Assembly: GCA_000320545.1 (NCBI GenBank)
Contig: ADNK01000571.1
Span: 17,290-81,289 of the forward strand
DNA length: 64,000 bases
Direction of reading: 5' to 3'
DNA from: Bigelowiella natans CCMP2755
Taxonomy: Eukaryota > Protista > Cercozoa
The translations under genes and the position numbers were made by a program. Under the pieces are notes generated by a model. The model was not told the origin of the DNA. It did no database searches and was given only the letters and a program-made list of their open reading frames with translations. Shown here in pieces: positions 1 through 12,743 of the stretch (the first letter of the stretch is position 1; each line of letters opens with the position of its first letter).

Positions 1-265
1 TCGCTCGCTTCTTTCTGGAAGGCCTTAGTCGACGCCTGCAGCTTGAGTGCCTTTGTGGCTAGATTGAGATGGGAGCTCACATCTTCTTCATAGTGCTTAG
101 TCAGCAAGTCCGGTGTGACCTATGTATAAAATGCATTCAAGACTGATAAAGTGATGGAATCACATTCTTTTTGTAATCATCATGGCATGAGCTTCCTTCC
201 TCTCAAGTCACCTTCACTGGACATCCATAGGGCTTGAATCGACAGGGCACCGTTTTGATTTCCAT
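1..265 (-). CDS. TRAF-type zinc finger protein (5' part only; runs off the window)
   Basis: ATG at 265, exon 265-212, GT-AG intron 211-120, exon from 119. Spliced: MEIKTVPCRFKPYGCPVK|VTPDLLTKHYEEDVSSHLNLATKALKLQ. The C-x-F-x-x-YGC...H...HL pattern is typical of the last TRAF zinc finger, followed by coiled coil. Confidence 0.7.
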
Positions 266-677
266 TTTGGTCGTGGGCTAAGTAATGGTCGATTCACCTT
301 GCACGTGTTTTCTACACCCCGTGTACCCTATGTCTATCTCTGTTCTTCCGATGTTTTCGAATTGGAGGGGGGCCTCTTTGGAGCTGTAGGACAGGTAGAA
401 TTTTCTGAAATCCGATGATTTTCATTGCGCGACAATGATCATTTGATGTCGTAGTTTAGAGTTTCTAACAAAAATGTTTCTTCCATCAACAATCAGGATT
501 GGTCCTGCGAGAGCATGATCCTTTCAAGCATTGGAACTGCTTCGCCTGGAGATTTAGTCATGTCACGAATGAGTTAGCGTGACCCATGATCCTTTTCACC
601 GCTCCTGTGAAATTGTTTCGTTCATTCAGTGACTTCATTCATTCGTTCACACTTCACTCGTTCACTGCCCAAGTTGG

Positions 678-1120
678 GAGACACGGCGCGCCGTGTCTCT
701 GGGAGTGCTCTGGATTTGTCGTGTCTCCGAGGCACGGCTAGATATTGCTACTCGTGGACACGGCTAGAAATGGCTTTTCGTGGACACGGCTAGAGCCACG
801 CTAGCACGGCTAGACACGCTGCGCGGCTGCTCGTGGACATGCAGACACGGCCATGGACACGCTTGGGCTAGACACGGCTTGACTTTTGTGCTGACAGAGC
901 GACACTTCACTGTCGTGTCCGCCGTGTCTCTGAGGCTGTGCCTGCCAGCCGCACACTTTGGAGAAAGACGCGCTGCACAATGCGATGCACACGCTGCCAT
1001 CACATCTAGACATGTTGTCAGTGACGTGTTTGTTCACGTGTGACTCATTTGGCTTGTTCGCTGCACAGCAATGCGGTGCACACGCTGCCATCACATCTAG
1101 ACATCATGTCAGCGACATGT
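678..1120. repeat. Degenerate GACACGGCTAG motif array with a 22-bp perfect palindrome and a ~90-bp tandem duplication
   Basis: GAGACACGGCGCGCCGTGTCTC at 678-699 is its own reverse complement. (GA)CACGGCTAG variants recur at ~733, 757, 783, 805, 844 and 871. cgctgcacaatgcgatgcacacgctgccatcacatctagacat (971-1013) repeats imperfectly at 1059-1104. Confidence 0.8.
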
Positions 1121-1446
1121 TTCACGTATGGCTCATTTAGCTCGCATGCATGGCACGGCAAATGTGCTACTCACGCTGACTTGCACAATGCTGGTAGCGT
1201 TTGTGAACATGGTGCCCTCTTACATAATTTACATGCTAGCATAGTGGTTACACATGCGAGGGGACACTTAAGCATTGAGCATTGTGCACCATAGCGTTGC
1301 CCAAGCTGCGCAAAGAATCATCGATCATGTTCATTGTACCTCAATGCAAAAAATCAACTGATGTTGTAGAGAATTTGTTGCTGTGATGTTGCACGACTTC
1401 AACAACTTCTTCAAGACATTTAGCGGTTTCGTAGATCAGTAATGTG

Positions 1447-1758
1447 TTAACATTGTTCACCAATACTGCGTTTTAAATCGGGTGAGGCTGTAGATTCTAC
1501 TTTTTCGTAACATCCAGTCGCGTTAGCAAGTGGGTCTGTGTAGATGGCACCCACGGTATCTTCCCTGAAAAATGAAAATCGATTCAAAATTGACTGCCTT
1601 TTCTCTGTCGTGGATTGATTTGAACATACCCACAATTGCACCCTTTAGCAAAGTAAGCGTTATCACATTGCTTGTCGTGCACACGGTTGTCGAGACAGGT
1701 CTTGGACGATTCGCACCAGCTGATAATAGAGGGGGTCAAAATACCAATAGAATTAGAG

Positions 1759-1835
<77 letters not shown>

Positions 1836-2115
1836 TGGAGGCTTGACAACCTGCACGAAGAAATTGCACAGCAAGATTTTTCGCTTCCCTCAGATGAGCA
1901 AGATTTTCCCGGAGTTCCTTTCTTCATCCTGAGAACGAGAGTCAAGTTACATAGATGTAGATGTAAACAACAATTTTAGTTTACATATTTGTTGAATTTC
2001 CAGAAGGAGAAGGTAGTTGTTTGTTAGATTCTTGTAGGGAATCCTTTTCCACGTTCGCAGGAGATCTGTTAACAGCCAGTGCAGCTACCGCGAACGCCAC
2101 CAGGATTATGGTCAT
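1447..2115 (-). CDS. Small secreted Cys-rich protein with a PSI (plexin-repeat)-like motif, 4 exons
   Basis: MTIILVAFAVAALAVNRS signal peptide. Spliced ...GKSCSSEGSEKSCCAISSCS|WCESSKTCLDNRVHDKQCDNAYFAKGCNCG|EDTVGAIYTDPLANATGCYEK...EQC*. The C..CSWC....C spacing resembles PSI domains. Confidence 0.65.
1762..1834. repeat. Compound (CT)n(CA)n microsatellite in an intron
   Basis: Directly visible; one example of dozens of intronic SSRs in the window. Confidence 0.95.
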
Positions 2116-2520
2116 TGAATTCTATTGCACGCAAAAAAACAACAAACATAAGAAGAAACAAAAGATCGATTTATGGTCTTGTTCGTTCATTGATCAATTT
2201 CTTCCCATACTTTTTTATCTCCCCCCTCTAGCTCCCCAGCCCCCTCACTCACCTTCATTGGCATCAATCCCATTTTGAACTGATTTCGAAATTTCACCGA
2301 TTTATTAATGTTTTCCCGAATATTATTCAACCACAAAATCATCTTTGACTTTCACTGACGACAATAAAAATTAATAGATTTTGGCTACTATTACTTTCTG
2401 GATCATGAATGAAGGCCATTTTTCGATTAAAACTGGAATATTTTTCTGAAAGTAATTAATCGGCACGTTACCACTGTATCTTGTCAGCCCAGCACACGTC
2501 ACAACACGAGCCCCACCCAG

Positions 2521-3147
2521 ATGGTCGATCGCTCCAAATTTTTTCTTGTTTAAAATACGTTCACGTGCACGAACGGTCTTTTTGCGATTAGCGAGCAGAT
2601 CATTCGATATTGATGTTCAAACTGTTGGTCTTTGCGATGTTTCAGGACTTCGAGGGACAAAAACTGGCAGATAAGCTGCACCAGATTATCACTGCTGCTT
2701 TCGGGGTACACTGAGTTTGCAATATTTACGACCAAATACGTGCATTCACCCCGAATGGACGAAAACCTATGTATGACTGACTAAGCATATTGGTGTTTCT
2801 AGCATATTGTCTGCGCGCAACGTACGCATCCACCGCAACCATACGCAGTTTGAATGTGCTGCGCTCCGATGTGTTATTGCTTTAGATATTTATTCGCCAA
2901 ATCGAAATTATGGCATATGTTCCCGTTGATATCTGATTCTGTCAATATTAAGTGTTGTAATTAAAAATTGTTCAGATAAGTACATCATCAGCGATAACTT
3001 CATTAGGTGATCGGGTTTATCTATGGCTACCTGCAGCAGAGATTCGGCTACACAATGTAAATTCTGTAGCTTCCATTGTTGTAGTTTTTGCGATCGTAAT
3101 CATGATTACGTTATTGCTAATTTTTGTTGCATACGAATCATATTAAT

Positions 3148-3204
<57 letters not shown>

Positions 3205-3720
3205 GAATATAAATCCATAAATATGTATTTTCTTTTCTGTCTCATTTGGTAGAGAGGCTTATATTTTATGGATATTATATTCCATGACTAGGTACATATC
3301 TATGGTGGGACTGTGCATCTCAGCTATCGTACGTACACTAACCACCTTTCTACACACCACGTAGCTGCCACTTATTATTCCTTTCTTTACGGACAGATAT
3401 GTGTTCCCGACTGGGGCTTCTTGAACAAGAATCCCTTAAAATGGCAAAAGCCACTCAGTACATATCCAACTAACACTTTAAGGTCTCGTTCGACTTTAGT
3501 CACTAAAATCTACAATTTTAGGCGAAGAAGGTGATAGCGTTGACACTGACGAAAAGGAAGAAAACGAGGGTATGCAATGAAAAGTACTTTAAAAACACAT
3601 ACACCTAGGTGATAACAAATGCGATACGTTTTAGGCGAGGCAGCTACTCAAGCCCCAAAGCCCAAAACTAAGAAGAAATCTAGTGGAAAGGGAGGGAAAT
3701 CAAAGAAAACAAAAAGATAA
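2521..3720 (+). CDS. SPCS1: Signal peptidase complex subunit 1 (SPC12)
   Basis: Spliced M|DFEGQKLADKLHQIITAAFG|VIGFIYGYLQQRFGYTM|YISMVGLCISAI|ICVPDWGFLNKNPLKWQKPLS|EEGDSVDTDEKEENE|GEAATQAPKPKTKKK...KR*. MDFEGQKLA and VP.W.F...PLKW are SPC12 signatures. All introns are GT-AG. Confidence 0.92.
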
Positions 3721-4395
3721 TGAGAAGTAGCAGCACAGTGCACTGATGTATGCATGTATTGGCATTCAACATGTGGTAATGGACGTAAAATCAGCTGTGT
3801 GCATGGCGCATAACAGATTCCTTGTGTCTCATTACGCACTGTCATTATTGCCGCGATCGCGCTTGACAATGCCATGCGCGCAATACGACATACATATGAC
3901 GCACAGCTAGCAGCGTACACGCTCTTCTAGCGCTTCTAATGCATGACCGTACGTACTTATCCATCGTTTGCCTTTATTTCTTGATATAATGGCAGATGTC
4001 TGTGTTCCTAGTTTGTCGTAAATGTGTTCATCCTTTTGCAGGCCATGCTAGCATGTTTTAAATGTAGCTGCCATTTATCTTGTGTTTGCAAATGAGCAGC
4101 TTGCTGGACAATGTTGTTGCATTTTCACTTTGTGTCGTGTAGTGTGTATATGTAGCATAGCTAGATAGCTCAAGGGCTAAACAACAAACTGGCGGTTCTA
4201 GCATGCATGCTGCTACACAAAGGGGCATCCTAGGACACATGTTGGGCTCGCGTACACAGCAACAGAGTCTGGATCTAGAGATTTAAATCATTTATCTAGT
4301 CTTATTACTTGTTCATGATGCAAGGTGCAATCATGCACGCGCGTGCGCACAACAACGAACATCGAGAAATTAGCGACAGTGAAGCTAGCTGGGAA

Positions 4396-7300
4396 TCATT
4401 CTGCGTTGGCTTCGGTAAGTCGCTTCCTTGCAGACATTATAACTTCAAGATCGAAGACGATACCACGAATAGCAGTGATCCATTCCTCTGGCAAGCGGAA
4501 AACACACACACACACATCAATTCACATATGCATAAATGAATCTACATGCTTAAACACCTGCATTCTCGTCGCCATAAAGAACTGCAAAGCGGACCGCAAC
4601 AGCATCTGCTCCAGCAACACTCCCTCCAATTCCCGCGCCATTGGGACTACTCCGAGAGCGCAAATTCCTAGTTGCCTTCGATCTCTTCCGATGAGACTGG
4701 AAAGGAGACCATTTGGAGCCTAGAGACGCATGGTGTCGCACTATTTCGTTCTTGCTCGGGGGACGGTGCCACAACTAATGTGGAAAAGCATCATTGTGAA
4801 CAATCCAAGCGGCTTGATTGGCATTTATCGTTAGAGTAAGACTCACCGAGGAAAATGTGACGCTGAAGGCTACATATCCCACTTCCCTCGCTTCAGCACT
4901 CCCAGTTTTAATCTCCTCTACTTTTGCATCCTGAAGCTTGCCAGAACCCTAGAAGTGTGCATTAACTTCAATGGGCACGATAAACATCTCAACAGTGAAA
5001 ATCGATTCAACAACAACAACAACAACAAAAGGGAATAACAGTAGCAGGATGTGCTCATCATGTCCGTAATCACGGAAACACAAACCCCATACAAGGCCGA
5101 AAGATGCTGGACTACCCGCCAATGATTGTTTTCGTCCGTCCACATCAGGAGGTCGCTAAAGAGGTACACGTTGCAGTCGACAGCGTAGCCTGTCTTCGCA
5201 GCTTCAATGAGCCTTTTCTTGTTGGATGACTTCATACCTAAAGGCAGCTCTACCCCGGTCGTATTTGGAGGGATGAGTACTCTAAGCCGCCCCTCTCGTA
5301 TAATCCGTCGGGAGGATGCAAATATTGGCACCGGCAACCCTAAGATTCGATCCTGTTTCATGGTAGCGCAATCGCGAAGAACCCAACTCTCAGTTTGAAA
5401 CAGGATGGGGAAGGGACGGAGCTACACGATACTTAAAGGCTCTGGCGCAACTTGACGAAGAGACTAGGGCTGTGTTCTATGTACATGTGCATGTGAGCGG
5501 GCGTGTTGTATTATTGATCGTACAAGTCAAGTTTCTGAGGGTCACATATGGTACGCTTTTATGACTGTGTTTCTCCACTCGATTCTGGTTGACATGGCAC
5601 CATTCGCGCCTACATCTCCCGTGAGAGCATGCTCATGTGCACTCAATATATTCACCTGCAACTGCCGAAGGTATTGGAGGTCTGACGTGAGTTTTTGCGT
5701 CATTTCGTTTTGCTGTGCAACCTGATCCACGCAGAGATGTTTCTAGATTTTCGAGAGTAACAGTGGCTGTATTTTGTTGAGGTTATTTACTGCTACTTTT
5801 TCACCCCTATGCGTACTATGGTGGAGAGTGCAGTACGAGGAATGACCTCTTTGGCTCTGGCATGTGCTTCTGAGACTAGTTCATATCTTCTAGCATCCTA
5901 ATAAAATCGCACGCACGAATAAACGGGGAAGGGTAGGAGAGGTCAGGCTGCCAAGTATACCAAGAGCAGCGCACGTGTGAGCTAAAAGGAGAGCTAAGTC
6001 CAGCTACGGAGATGTAAAAGATCTGCAGAGGAGCACCTGCTGTGGCCAAATGTTTTTCTTTAGGCCGGCGAGGAGCAGCTTTGATGTAAAGCGAAAAAGA
6101 ATACGTCATCTTCAGCAAAGGCTCATTCTGCAGGGCCCACAATGACTCACCGCGATGATTATTCAGAGTATATACAGCCACTAGTATAGTAACATTACCA
6201 TCACCAATTCTACATCCAGAATCGAATACAACCCAGATTTACAAATAAAAGTGAAAGAAGACTCTGCCCAGTGTACACACCTGGTAGCGAGGGATCCTCT
6301 GGCAAGGCATTATCAGATAAGATGCAATGTCTTGGTATATTCGCTCCCTTTTCTCTCCTTGTGAGGACCCTTTTCGAATTCCCCAGCGACAGCTCTCGAG
6401 GAGATTTCGGAAGGATTTGTGATCTCGTTTGTACTTATTTCTGCAAAAAAAGAGGGAAAAGGTCAAAGGCTTGCTAGAACTTTCTCATTATGAGAGAGGT
6501 ATTGCGGGGGAGAAGCGATTTCGCGGGAACTGAAGCTGCCAACACGTGTCCAGCTACCAAAAACTTTCTACCCTTAACAATTTGATTTGCAGGGCAAAGG
6601 CAGAGTTTCTGTACATTATGTCGGCCGCTGTGTCATAGTTTATGAGGTACTCCGCGTATAGCCTATTTAAAAAACAGCACCTCCCAAATGAGACCAGATG
6701 CTATTGCTTCGGGCGCAATGAACTGACCGAAAGTAGTCACTGTACTTGTGGAGCACTGCTGCAGGACCGCAAACTCCGTTCTGCCAACTGGTGGATTCCC
6801 TGAGGCAAAGCTCCTGAAGGAAAAATCGGGCAAACGGCCCGTCACCATCAATGAACATGGGATGATGGCGATGATAGAAGTTACGAACCCTATAGATATC
6901 CTTATGGAGGGCAATAATGCTATCGAGGTTCATGAACATTTTCAGAAAATCCCGATTGTCCCATCTCTTTTTGCTTTTGAACAGCTTGCTAATAGGGACT
7001 TTAAACTGTTTTTGCAACACCTGTAAAGAAATGTGAATATTTTGCCCCTTCTTGTAACGAAAAACAAGGGTAACTTTTCCATCATTATTCGCATCTCACC
7101 TCAAGATTTGACAGATAGTTCCCCTCGGCCTCCACGATTTCTTTCTCTAACCCTGTTGTTGCACCCGAAAGGAAGCGCAACATTTAAAACAAGAATGAGT
7201 ATGAAGCCGTAGTTCCAACTTAGACACAAAAGGTTACCAATTCTATTCCGTTTCCGGTGCAATGCCTTCTTAGATGTGCGCTGCTGCTGCAGAAACGCTC

Positions 7301-7811
7301 TTATTGTCGCCTGGAGAACGACAACCGACGCTTCGTTTTCCTCCGCTTCATTTTTCGGCTTCAAGGAGTCCCGTTTCTGCTTAACTTCATTAGGCTCGTT
7401 AAGCATCTTCGACGACTTTATATCTCTTCGCTCTTTCACATTTTTTTTGTTTTTCTCCATTCTTCCTAGGCTTGAACCGAGCCCAATAATCCATTTCGCC
7501 CAGCTTCTCGTATCATCTCCATCCTCGCTGATTCACAACGCATGTAAATTCGATGATTTATCGGGTCAAGTTGTTACGGAAGGAGTGAACATAGTTTACG
7601 CTGCAAATTTCATTCTATATCCCCTCCCTTTCTCCCCATACCTTTTCTCTCTCCATTCTTTGTCCCATCTGCAGAGGTAATAACCCACCGCTGCGGCTGC
7701 AGCAGCCAGAGCACATGCCGCAACAAGCTTTGGCGAGGAGAACGATCTAGGTTCTCTTTGAACAGAGCGCCCATTAGAGTCAGACCCTCGCCGTCCAATG
7801 CTGCTCCGCAT
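4396..7811 (-). CDS. RhoGEF (DH-PH) with IQ motif and N-terminal hydrophobic anchor
   Basis: IQ-like VVLQATIRAFLQQQR. DH motifs REIVEAEGNYLSNLE, FMNLDSIIALHKDI, LYAEYLINYD and IASYLIMPCQRIPRY. PH motifs RRIIREG, VYLFSDLLMW and EWITAIR...NAE*. N-terminus MRSSIGRR...LVAACALAAAAAAVGYYLC. Confidence 0.88.
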
Positions 7812-9063
7812 GGAGACAGGGCTTCGGAGGCAGCTGGGTTGGGGGGGGCGGAGAAGGAAATCGTAGTCGGAGTGACGTTCAGAGAAGACTTGTACGAGCT
7901 CGTAGATGTAGTGCAATTACTCGTTTGGAAAACTCGACCGATTTTTGAACTTACGACATGCAAAATCATTGTCGCACATCGGGTCATCATTCGCTTGGGA
8001 AGACCCAGCAATTTTGGGACGTGCGACACGGAAAGTTCATGTCGAAGTCTAGTGCAAGGTGTCGTTCCTTTTGACCCTGTCGGAAGCCGACATGAACAGG
8101 ACGGATGAGTCACCTCAACAAAAGACCTTTCACACACTACAGAGCACATGTGATGGATGTCATTTGCGCGCACAATGCCGCGCGGAGAACGTGCATGCGA
8201 AGTTGAAGTTCAAATTCACATGGTGCTAGCTAGCTAGCGTGCCGCATGCACTTCCGCCACTAGCGCGTACACCATGCCGCCCTACTAGCCTACTACATGA
8301 TGGACACAGCAATGCAAATCGTGGCGCGCGCGTGCGTGCATGCATGCAAACAATCTGACGCATGTGCGCACGAAGAGATTGTGCTCATACAGACTGACAC
8401 AATGGAAATAACAATAGCAACATCATGCATGTTGATGACAAAGCTCGCTGCCTTCCTTTTATATTTATCTAGTTATATCTGTTGCAAAGTCATGATTGTA
8501 CTGGACAATAACCATTAGACAGCATGCATTGCATGCCTTGTCTGTGCTATACATGGCTAACGTACAGTACCCTGCCTCACCTGCCTCACAAGCTATGGGT
8601 ACTTTTAACCCATTCACTTCGCAAAGTGTATGATCCGTGAGCTCTCACCATATAAAGCTAGAAAGTCTGCTGCTTACGTTCTTGATCATACAATCTTTTC
8701 CATGGCATCTTTCCGTATGTCAGTAGCATCGTCCTAAGACATACAGGTTCAAATCAATTTTCACACGAAGCGTAGAGAGAGGACGAGTTTGGTCCTAGGA
8801 GCGAAAACGACCCGACTTGCAAAACACATGTCTCTACCTGCCGACCTACCTCTTTTTGCGTGTTCCTCCGCATGGGAACTGGACATGTTACTACTCTACA
8901 AAATGACATGAAAAGACTCCCCCTCACCCTTAAAAAAAAATGAAAATGTTGCGAAATAGTGCATTACGGCTCCAAAAACCATCAAGTAATCTTTGCGATT
9001 GCGAAGGGGGCTGTCGCAGAGCAAGCAGCGTTAATATCCCTATCTTATCTTGCAATGATATAT

Positions 9064-9499
9064 TCACTGGTTTACCATCTCAGGAGGCTGCATTTGAGAA
9101 ATCCCGGCGAAGATCAGCAGCAGGGAGAAGAAGTAAGCTTGTGCCATCTTTTTATTAAACATCTCGTACCTGTAAAGATGACGACGCGTACGTAAGTGAA
9201 AGTCGACGATCATATACACGAGGTGCAAACACTTCATCGTTGCTGATTAGAGAGATTTACTCTTTGAAGAAGACAAGAGCAGAGGCGATCATTGTTATCG
9301 TGAAGAAACCCTGTAAAATAGACCGGTTTCATTAAAGGCATGGGGCGCTCAGGGCATAGAAATCCATGCATCAATCATGCTCTTCAAATGCACACACCCG
9401 ATTAGACACAGGATATACATGAAGCGGGTATTTGGAACAAACTAACAACCCACCTGATATATCGGAACGAGGGACATCGCCGTGTAGTGCTTAAGTCCT

Positions 9500-9537
<38 letters not shown>

Positions 9538-9841
9538 AGCACATATATCATCTGTTTGGCAGCAGCAGGCTGATGATGTTTTGGTAAGCTGCTCTCTCCT
9601 AGCACAACAACCCTTCTGCAGCATCCTGAGCCCTGAGATCAGCACCATGACAGTGCCCAGAATAAGGAACAAAGCTCCAGGAGTGAGGATGATGTTGTAG
9701 TCCTCTCGAAGGGCGAAGCTAATGACCTGAGCGAGGAGAAAGAAGGGGGGAGGAGGATGTAGGGGATGGTTAATGCATGCTTGCTCATTTGGTATTCTCA
9801 ACGCCACCCGTAGAATAAACCCTCCCACCACCAGTAAAAAT

Positions 9842-9874
<33 letters not shown>

Positions 9875-10414
9875 CACGGCTGTGAAGGAACAAAATATAC
9901 AATATATCGACCGAGCGACTAGTACCTCTGATAAAGACTTGGACAGGAACTGATTGCCACCTAGCATGCCTGCAAGACACCTGGAGGAAAGAGAGAAAGA
10001 AGGGGGGGGGGAGAGAGAGAGTAAGAAAGACAGAATGAAAGAGGAAGAACAATCAAGAGAAGCCGCAGCCACGTAAACTCTGCCATCTTTTCGTAATGGC
10101 TTCTCACAACCTCTTTCTCCCCTTTTCCTCCTCTCGACACATTGCTTGCCATCTCACAAGCCACCACCACCACCATCACCACTATCATGATCTAATAAAT
10201 AATAATAATAATAATAATACCCGTAGGCAATGCGCACGATCCAAGGAGGATATTCTTTCTCACCCACGTAGATCATGTAGCCTGATTATCGGCCAGAATA
10301 ATTGTAGACGACGTTCCATAACAAATTCGGTATAACCGGTCAAGAACACATCTCCGCCTCGGTCGTCGTCATCATCGCCACTATCAATCCCCCCCCCCCC
10401 CCCATTCCTCATCC

Positions 10415-10448
<34 letters not shown>

Positions 10449-10669
10449 ATCAGCCTCGTCGCTACTACCATCATGGTTATCATCACTTACCCCCCCCCCC
10501 TCTCTTACTTGTGATGGCGCCGACGGCCAGCTCTAAGAATAGGAAGAATTTAAATAACGGCAGCGTGAACAGCGCCATAAGCTCATCGTACCTAATGCGG
10601 AAACATATTGATATGAATAGAAGGAATACGTCAGCAAGCAGCCCAGGAAGGGAGGGGAAGGGGGGTTAG

Positions 10670-10705
<36 letters not shown>

Positions 10706-11564
10706 CGGAGGAATGCTGATGTTCTCCGAAACCTCCTCCCTTCATTTCTCTCTCCTCATTGTGTCGGTTTTGTTGTAATATTGTGTGTGTTATTGTCGTC
10801 TTTCTTCTTCTTCCTCCTCCTTTCTTTTCCTTCTGTTTTCTGGTTGTTGTTGTTGTTGTTGTTGTTTATGTCATAACTTACGTGTAGTCCTTGTGCGTGT
10901 GAATGCCAAAGTAGGACGATAAACAACACCCAGCGCAGATGAGCACGTAGGCCACCTAAACAAGCCGCACATGGAAAGAAACGAAGACAAGGAACAAACA
11001 ACTAATATAAGAAGCACCGTACATCATCACCAAAGAGCAGCTGCACACGACGAGGACGACGAGGAGGTTCTACTGATGATGATGATGATGATGATGACGA
11101 TGGATGGTGACCATGTTTGCCTTGCTCAGTCTCTCCCCCAATACCACTGAAGCAAGGACAGCATTCCAGACCTGATAGGGATTGGTTGGCAAAATCAGCA
11201 GTAGGAAAATTAACAAGAGAGTGGGTGGTGAGGGGGGGGGGTCGTGATCGGCATCACTGGCTGTAGCCGCATCGGGGCGATAATTTTGGTTCAGCAATTC
11301 GTGCTGAGAGCGAAAGAGAGAGGCAGCACTTGCTCTCTCTTTCCCTCTGTGGGCGCAATAACCCAAATCCACAGTTGCTTTTGCTTTGCGATTTGCGATA
11401 TATTGTGGTACAAAATGTGATGTGAACTCTCTTCGTTCGTTCTGACCAGATTCAAGATGGAGAGGGGGGCAAGGAGCGACTGCGCTGCAAACGAGTAGGC
11501 TGCGAGGCCCATCACAGGGTTCAATAATATGATGCACACCTGTGTTCACAAAGATAGATAATCA

Positions 11565-11598
<34 letters not shown>

Positions 11599-12155
11599 CG
11601 ATTATGGTGGATAATGATGACCAAGACATTCGTTGTTGTTGTTGTTGTTGTTGTTGTTATTGTCATAGTTTTATACAGCACAGCATATGTTGCTGCGTGT
11701 TCGTCTCCTTACGTAGGCTATGACGTTGATTGCGATTTGATTCCATCTGATCAACGGTTAGAGGAGGAGGAGGAGGAGGAGGAGGGAAAACAATGTCGAA
11801 TATGGGGTGGTGCCGGGGTGGGGGCGGTGGAAAATGCTGAGGCATTGAAAACATAAAAAATAGCAGTAAGGAAATCGAGAGTTGAGAACCACGAATCATG
11901 TTTGACAACACTTGGTCGCGTCCGTGAACATATCATGCGTATGTGAGTATCTTAGCATTCGTTCCCACCCTCGTCCCTCAGTCTTCTTCGCTTCTCCCAT
12001 CTCCATCATCATCATCATCATCATCATCCTCCTCCTCCTCCCCCAATTACCGCAGCTTCAGTTTGTAGTAGAGCTTGAATAAAACCTTGGCCACAGCGCT
12101 GATATATCAATCATATGGCATCATCCATCACCCATCGATGAATTGGCGTGAGGAA

Positions 12156-12189
<34 letters not shown>

Positions 12190-12697
12190 GATGATGACGG
12201 CATGGGAAATACAGCGAACACGTGCTATATTATTACCCCGAGAGCTGTGCTCCCGTTGCGAGGCACACGCCGGCTATCCAACTGTATCTGCATTTTGAAC
12301 AACGACAACAACGACAACAACCATCACGACCGAGAACACTTTGATATGGCATAGACGAGGAGGAGGAGGAGGAGGAGACTTATGATTCGGGATTGTCATT
12401 AAAAAACGCTTAGGCGTTGTTCTGTGTTCTGCGACGACTCTGCTGCGAGCAAATCAATGGGGATCAGATGTTTCCCATAAGCCCCCTGTTGCTTCCAACC
12501 ATGTCCGTGTTGAAATGATAATAATATCACCATAAAGATTTTCACACCCCGGGTGGAGAAGAAAGGAGCATGGTTCAGCCAACAGCACAACAATACAGCA
12601 AAGACTCTCGCCAAGAGACACAATGCCGAGTGAGAAAAGGCATGCGCACACGCAGGGAAACTCGAGAACGCTGCCTTTTCCTGGTATCTATTGCTCC

Positions 12698-12743
<46 letters not shown>

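Noticed and set aside
733-880. CRISPR-like spacing of GACACGGCTAG repeats
   Set aside because: The repeats are short, degenerate and irregularly spaced, the context is eukaryotic, and there are no cas genes.
764-1294. Several overlapping His/Cys-rich ORFs
   Set aside because: They stay open only because TpA depletion removes TAA/TAG stops. They are not credible genes.
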